From an uncultured Candidatus Rokubacteria bacterium (lineage in GTDB: Bacteria; Methylomirabilota; Methylomirabilia; Rokubacteriales; CSP1-6): 64,000 bases of DNA. A model generated the notes under the pieces. It worked only from the letters and a program-made list of their open reading frames with translations. It did no database searches and was not told the DNA's origin. The translations under genes and the position numbers were made by a program. Where the stretch lies: contig CAVYTA010000005.1 of the NCBI GenBank assembly GCA_963771355.1, positions 704,001 through 768,000 on the forward strand, in the 5' to 3' direction. Below, one piece after another: positions 59,404 to 64,000 of this stretch (its first letter is position 1; the number at the start of each line of letters is the position of its first letter).

Positions 59404-60377
59404 ACGAGGCGCCGATCCTCGAGGTCAGGAACCTCGTCAAGCACTTCCCCATCGGCGGGGGCATCTTCGGCGGCGAGGCGGCCGTGGTCAAGGCGGTGGA
59501 CGGGGTGAGCTTCTCCATCCGCCGCGGCGAGACCCTGGGCCTGGTAGGGGAGTCCGGCTGCGGCAAGACGACCACCGGCCGCTGCATCCTGCAGCTCGAG
59601 AAGCCGACCTCGGGCGAGATCATCTTCGAGGGGCGCGACCTCGCCACCCTGACCGGGGGCGAGCTGCGGAAGGTCCGGCGCCGGCTCCAGGTGATCTTCC
59701 AGGACCCCTACAGCTCGCTGAATCCGAGAATGACGGTGGGGCAGATCATCGCCGAGCCACTGGGCGTCCACGATATCGTCCCGGACCGCGCCGCCCGGGC
59801 CGCTCGCGTCCGGGAGCTGCTGGGCCATGCCGGCCTCCTGCCCGCGATGGCCCTCCGCTACCCGCACGAGCTGTCCGGGGGCCAGCGCCAGCGGGTGGGG
59901 ATCGCACGCGCGCTGGCGATGGAGCCGGCCCTCATCGTGTGCGACGAGCCGGTCTCGGCCCTTGACGTCTCCATCCAGGCTCAGATCATCAACCTGCTCG
60001 AGGAGCTTCAGGCCGAGTTCGGTCTCACCTATCTGTTCGTCGCGCATGATCTGTCCGTGGTGCGGCACATCTCCGACCGGGTAGCGGTGATGTACCTCGG
60101 CAAGATCGCCGAGATCACCGACCGGAAGACCCTCTACGAGAGCCCTCTGCACCCCTATACCCAGGCGCTCCTCTCGGCGGTGCCCATCCCGGATCCGGCG
60201 GTGGAGGCGGGACGGGAGCGCATCGTCCTGGGCGGCGAGGTGCCGAGCCCTCTCAACCCCCCCTCGGGGTGCGTCTTCCATCCCCGCTGTCCCATCGCCG
60301 TGGACGACTGCCGGCGCGAGGTCCCCCTCCTGCGAGAGATCCGAGCCGATCACCGGGTGGCCTGCATCCGGGTGTGA
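59400..60377 (+). CDS. dppF: Oligo/dipeptide ABC ATPase
   Basis: [38 protein letters not shown]. Confidence 0.9.
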   Translation: MNEAPILEVRNLVKHFPIGGGIFGGEAAVVKAVDGVSFSIRRGETLGLVGESGCGKTTTGRCILQLEKPTSGEIIFEGRDLATLTGGELRKVRRRLQVIFQDPYSSLNPRMTVGQIIAEPLGVHDIVPDRAARAARVRELLGHAGLLPAMALRYPHELSGGQRQRVGIARALAMEPALIVCDEPVSALDVSIQAQIINLLEELQAEFGLTYLFVAHDLSVVRHISDRVAVMYLGKIAEITDRKTLYESPLHPYTQALLSAVPIPDPAVEAGRERIVLGGEVPSPLNPPSGCVFHPRCPIAVDDCRREVPLLREIRADHRVACIRV

Positions 60378-60380
60378 CGC

Positions 60381-60410
60381 TTGACAGAGGATGGGCCGAA
60401 TCGCTAAGGT
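60381..60410 (+). promoter_or_regulatory. sigma70-like promoter for dppA
   Basis: TTGACA(60381)-18nt-TAAGGT(60405). Confidence 0.55.
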
Positions 60411-60495
60411 ATGGCAAGCGATTGGAACTTCAGGCTCACCCCGCGCATTCAGTCGAAAAGTGATCCATTCTCGCGATCTCAAGGGGGAGGTACGT

Positions 60496-62097
60496 ATGAG
60501 AGCGTTCCGGAACCGCTCCATGCTGCTGCTGGCTCTCGCGGCGATCAGCGTGGGTGTTGCCCTACCGGCAAGCGCCCAGGACAAGCCGCGATCCGGCGGA
60601 GAGCTCGTCTTCGCAGTGCCCTCGGAGCCACCCAGCTACGACGGCCATCAGGAAGAGACCTTCGGGTTGACTCACCCCATCGCGCCGCACTACAGCACCC
60701 TCCTCCGCGTGGACCCCTTCGACAAGACGGGGACCAAGCCGGTGGGTGATCTCGCCGAGTCCTGGGTGATCGCGAAGGATGGCCTGACCTACACCTTCAA
60801 GCTCCGCCGCGGCGTGAAGTTCCACGACGGCGGCGAGATGACGTCCAAGGACGTCAAGGCCTCCTACGACAAGATCATCTTCCCGCCGCAGGGCATGAAG
60901 TCCTCGCGCCAGGCCATGTACCAGGCCGTCGAGGCGGTCGAGGCCCCGGACGCGCACACCATCCGATTCCGGATGAAGTGGCCGGAGTCCTCGTTCATGC
61001 TCAACCTCGCATCACCGTGGAACTTCATCTATCGGGCGGAGGTCCTCACCAAGGACATCCACTGGTACGAGAAGAACATCAACGGCACGGGTCCCTTCAA
61101 GTTCGTCGAGCACGTGAAGGGCTCGCACTGGGTGGGCAAGAAGAATCCGGACTACTGGGACAAGGGGAAGCCCTATCTGGACGGCTACCGGGCCCTCTTC
61201 ATCTCCTCGTCGTCCGCGCAGGTGGCGGCGGTGCGGGGTGAGCGGGCGCATATCCAGTTCCGCGGGTTCACGCCGGCCGACCGGGACAGCCTCGTCCAGG
61301 CGCTGGGTCCCAAGATCACCGTGCAGGAGAGTCCCTGGGACTGCGTGCTGATGGTCGCGATGCATCACGAGAAGAAGCCCTTCGACGACAAGCGGGTCCG
61401 CCGCGCGCTCTCACTCGCTCTGGACCGCTACGAGGCCTCCAAGAACCTCTCCAAGATCGCCATCGTGAAGGACGTGGGCGGCATCCAGGTGCCCGGCACC
61501 CCGTGGGCCACGCCGCCCGACGAGCTCGAGAAGCTGGCCGGATACGGACGGGACATCGCCAAGTCCCGCGCGGAGGCCAAGCGGCTCCTCAAGGAAGCGG
61601 GCGTTCCCGAGGGCTACTCCTTCACGTTCAAGAATCGGGGGATCCCGCAGCCCTACGAGCCCGTCGCCATCTGGATGATCGACCAGTGGCGGCAGATCGG
61701 GCTCAACGTGAAGCAGGAGGTCATCGAGGCCTCGGCCTATCACCCCATGCTCAAGCGGGGCGACTTCGAGGTCGCGATGGATTTCGCCTGCGGGTTCATC
61801 GTCGAGCCGGATCTGGACCTGCACCGTTTCGTGACCACGTCCGACGCCAACTACGGCAAGCACAAGGATAAGCTCATCGACGAGCTCTTCCAGAAGCAGG
61901 CGCGCGCCCTCGATCCCGCGGAGCGGCGAAGCCTCCTCCGGGCGCTGGAGAAGCGGCTGATCGACGAAGAGGTCCACGTGTTCTACACGCTCCAGTGGCA
62001 CCGCATCATCCCGCACAGCGCCAAGGTGAAGGGCTGGACGGTCACGCCCAGCCACTACCTGAACAACCAGCTCGACACCGTCTGGCTCTCCGAGTAA
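60496..62097 (+). CDS. dppA: Family 5 (peptide/nickel) ABC substrate-binding protein
   Basis: Signal peptide, GDLAESW, YTFKLRRGVKFHDG, GTGPFK, PFDDKRVRRAL; GGGGGAGG RBS. Confidence 0.9.
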   Translation: MRAFRNRSMLLLALAAISVGVALPASAQDKPRSGGELVFAVPSEPPSYDGHQEETFGLTHPIAPHYSTLLRVDPFDKTGTKPVGDLAESWVIAKDGLTYTFKLRRGVKFHDGGEMTSKDVKASYDKIIFPPQGMKSSRQAMYQAVEAVEAPDAHTIRFRMKWPESSFMLNLASPWNFIYRAEVLTKDIHWYEKNINGTGPFKFVEHVKGSHWVGKKNPDYWDKGKPYLDGYRALFISSSSAQVAAVRGERAHIQFRGFTPADRDSLVQALGPKITVQESPWDCVLMVAMHHEKKPFDDKRVRRALSLALDRYEASKNLSKIAIVKDVGGIQVPGTPWATPPDELEKLAGYGRDIAKSRAEAKRLLKEAGVPEGYSFTFKNRGIPQPYEPVAIWMIDQWRQIGLNVKQEVIEASAYHPMLKRGDFEVAMDFACGFIVEPDLDLHRFVTTSDANYGKHKDKLIDELFQKQARALDPAERRSLLRALEKRLIDEEVHVFYTLQWHRIIPHSAKVKGWTVTPSHYLNNQLDTVWLSE

Positions 62098-62108
62098 CCG
62101 GCCCCGAG

Positions 62109-62140
62109 GCGCCCCGGCCGGGTCCTCCCGGCCCGGGCGC
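62109..62140 (+). other. Intercistronic stem-loop after dppA
   Basis: GCGCCCCGGCCGGG-TCCT-CCCGGCCCGGGCGC: 14-bp stem with one mismatch, no U-tract. Confidence 0.6.
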
Positions 62141-62158
62141 GGAGCGTTCCGGCGTGGC

Positions 62159-63112
62159 ATGACGAAGTACCTGGTGAAGCGCTTTCTGCTGATGTTTCCC
62201 ACCCTGCTCGGGGTGGCGATCTTGATCTTTTTCCTCATCCGCATCGTGCCCGGTGACGTGGTCGAGCTGCGCCTTGCCGGCGACAGCGGCGCGGTCAACG
62301 CGAAGGTGCTCGCCGACGAGCGGGCGAAGCACGGGCTCGACCGTCCGGTGTGGCAGCAGTTCCTGAACTGGCTCTGGGGCGCGGTGCGGCTGGACTTCGG
62401 CACGTCGATGTGGACGGGCGCGCCGATCTACGAGGAGATCAAGCTCCGGTTCGCCCTGTCCCTCCAGGTCGCGATCATGGCGACCGTGGTGGCGGTGCTT
62501 CTCGCCATTCCTCTGGGAGTGATCTCCGCGATCAAGCAGGACACGTGGATCGACTATGCAGTGCGTATCTTCTCGATCGCGGGCCTCGCGACCCCGTCCT
62601 TCTGGCTCGGCATCGTCTTCATCCTCAGCATGCTCATCATCTTCAAGTGGCTGCCCCCCATGGTCTACACCCCCTTCTGGGTGAACCCCTGGCAGAACCT
62701 CCTCCAGCTCATCTGGCCCGCCCTCGCGGTCGGCTACCGCTATTCGGCGGTAGCGACCCGGATGACCCGCTCGGCGATGCTCGAGGTGCTGCGCGAGGAC
62801 TACATCCGCACCGCGCGCGCCAAGGGGCTGGTGGAGAAGCTGATCCTCTCGCGCCACGCGCTGAAGAACGCCATGCTGCCGGTGGTGACGGTGGTGTGCC
62901 TCGAGTTCGCGTTCTTGCTGGGCGGGCTCGTCGTCACCGAACAGGTCTTCAACCTCAACGGGCTCGGCCTGCTCTTCGTGCAGGCGGTGGCCCATCGCGA
63001 CTACACTCTCGTCCAGGCCCTCGTGATGATCGTGGCCGGCTTCTTCATCGTGGTCAACTTCGCGATGGATATCCTCTACGCGTGGCTCGACCCGCGCATC
63101 CGGTTCCGATAG
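62159..63112 (+). CDS. dppB: Peptide ABC permease
   Basis: PGD, HGLDRP, DFGTS, EDYIRTARAKGL, LDPRIR. Confidence 0.92.
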   Translation: MTKYLVKRFLLMFPTLLGVAILIFFLIRIVPGDVVELRLAGDSGAVNAKVLADERAKHGLDRPVWQQFLNWLWGAVRLDFGTSMWTGAPIYEEIKLRFALSLQVAIMATVVAVLLAIPLGVISAIKQDTWIDYAVRIFSIAGLATPSFWLGIVFILSMLIIFKWLPPMVYTPFWVNPWQNLLQLIWPALAVGYRYSAVATRMTRSAMLEVLREDYIRTARAKGLVEKLILSRHALKNAMLPVVTVVCLEFAFLLGGLVVTEQVFNLNGLGLLFVQAVAHRDYTLVQALVMIVAGFFIVVNFAMDILYAWLDPRIRFR

Positions 63113-63139
63113 ACGGGCAGAGGTCGCCGGAGATCAACC

Positions 63140-64000
63140 ATGGCGATCAACATGGCGATCCCACCGACGTCGTCCCACTCGCGGTCGAGGAGGCGCCGTC
63201 GCGCTCCTGGCTGTCGGGAATGCGCGAGTTCGTCCGACGGCGTCCGCTCGGAGCCATCGGCGCGGCGGTGGTGGTCCTCATGATCGTGGTGGCCGCCTTC
63301 GCGGGAGTGCTCGCGCCCTACGACCCCGTCGCGGTGGATTTCGGCGCCATGCTCGCCCGGCCCTCGGCCCTGCACTGGCTGGGTACCGACGCCTTCGGCC
63401 GGGACGTGCTCTCGCGGCTGATCTTTGGCTCGCGCACCGCACTCTTCGTGGGCTTCGGGGCCGCTTTCGTCGGCGCGACGGCGGGGGCCATCCTCGGCGT
63501 CGGCAGCGCCTACTTCGGCGGACGGCTGGATCTCTACCTCCAGCGGCTCATGGATATCTTCCTCTCGTTCCCGCTCATCATCCTCGCCCTGGCCATCGTC
63601 GCCATCCTCGGCAATGCGCTTCACAACGTCATCATGGCAATCACGATCCCCATGATCCCACGCTGCGCGTTGGTCATTCGGTCCTCCGCGCTCTCCATCC
63701 GCGAGATGCCCTACGTGGACGCGGCGCGGGCGGCAGGGTTCGGGCATGGCCGCATCATCCTGCGCCACATGCTGCCAAATGTGATGGCCCCCTACCTCAT
63801 CCTGCTCACCGCCTTCCTCGGCCAGGCCATCCTGCTCGAGTCCTCCCTGTCCTTCCTCGGTCTGGGCGTCCAGGAGCCCACCGCGGCATGGGGCCTCATG
63901 CTGAGGGGTGCCGCCGTCGAGTTCGCCGAGACCGCGCCGTGGATGGCGATCTTCCCGGGCCTTGCCATCAGCCTCGCCGTCTTCGCGTTCAACCTCTTCG
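63140..64000 (+). CDS. dppC: Peptide ABC permease (cut by window end; 5' frame disturbed near 63152-63160; in-frame ATG at 63220)
   Basis: Frame from 63160 reads PTDVVPL...HWLGTDAFGRDVLSRL...YVDAARAAG...ESSLSFLGLG...WGLML. Confidence 0.88.

Noticed and set aside
1..64000. CRISPR array, tRNA/rRNA, IS or prophage
   Set aside because: No regular repeat-spacer pattern, RNA-gene consensus, transposase, integrase or phage structural gene seen by eye; intergenic gaps are all short. tRNAscan and Infernal were not run.

Overview
Gene-dense, very GC-rich bacterial chromosomal segment (roughly 70% GC by eye). The gene style suggests a soil heterotroph such as Ca. Rokubacteria, but this is inference only. 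There are about 56 protein-coding genes; I recognised no rRNA, tRNA, CRISPR array, IS element or prophage. Left part: M23 peptidase, ABC-F/GIY-YIG pair, acyl-CoA ligase, RhaD-like aldolase-SDR, LLM/FNR/VOC/TPP/GT4 genes and a fused CydDC-like exporter. Then a two-gene papain-like protease + unknown partner module, and an ~18-kb divergent catabolic island (CoA-transferase AB, LLM, orphan PxpA, CysK-like <- -> LivKHMGF, CoxLMS-like Mo-hydroxylase, Pot-type ABC, ComDE-like decarboxylase). Middle: IorAB + diheme cytochrome, and a UroD-family gene with an ABC importer. An imuA-imuB-dnaE2 mutagenesis cassette is interrupted by epoxide hydrolase, HAD and hicBA genes, and dnaE2 carries a 142-aa mini-intein. 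Right part: a DMSO-reductase-family Mo enzyme, FmdB/GNAT/MshA-like genes, a nitroreductase and a dpp operon cut by the window end. Seven genes show frameshifts, five of them net +1, most likely long-read indel errors; the same error explains one apparent fusion ORF and probably a second. Several genes have -10 boxes 6-8 nt before the start codon, suggesting frequent leaderless transcription.
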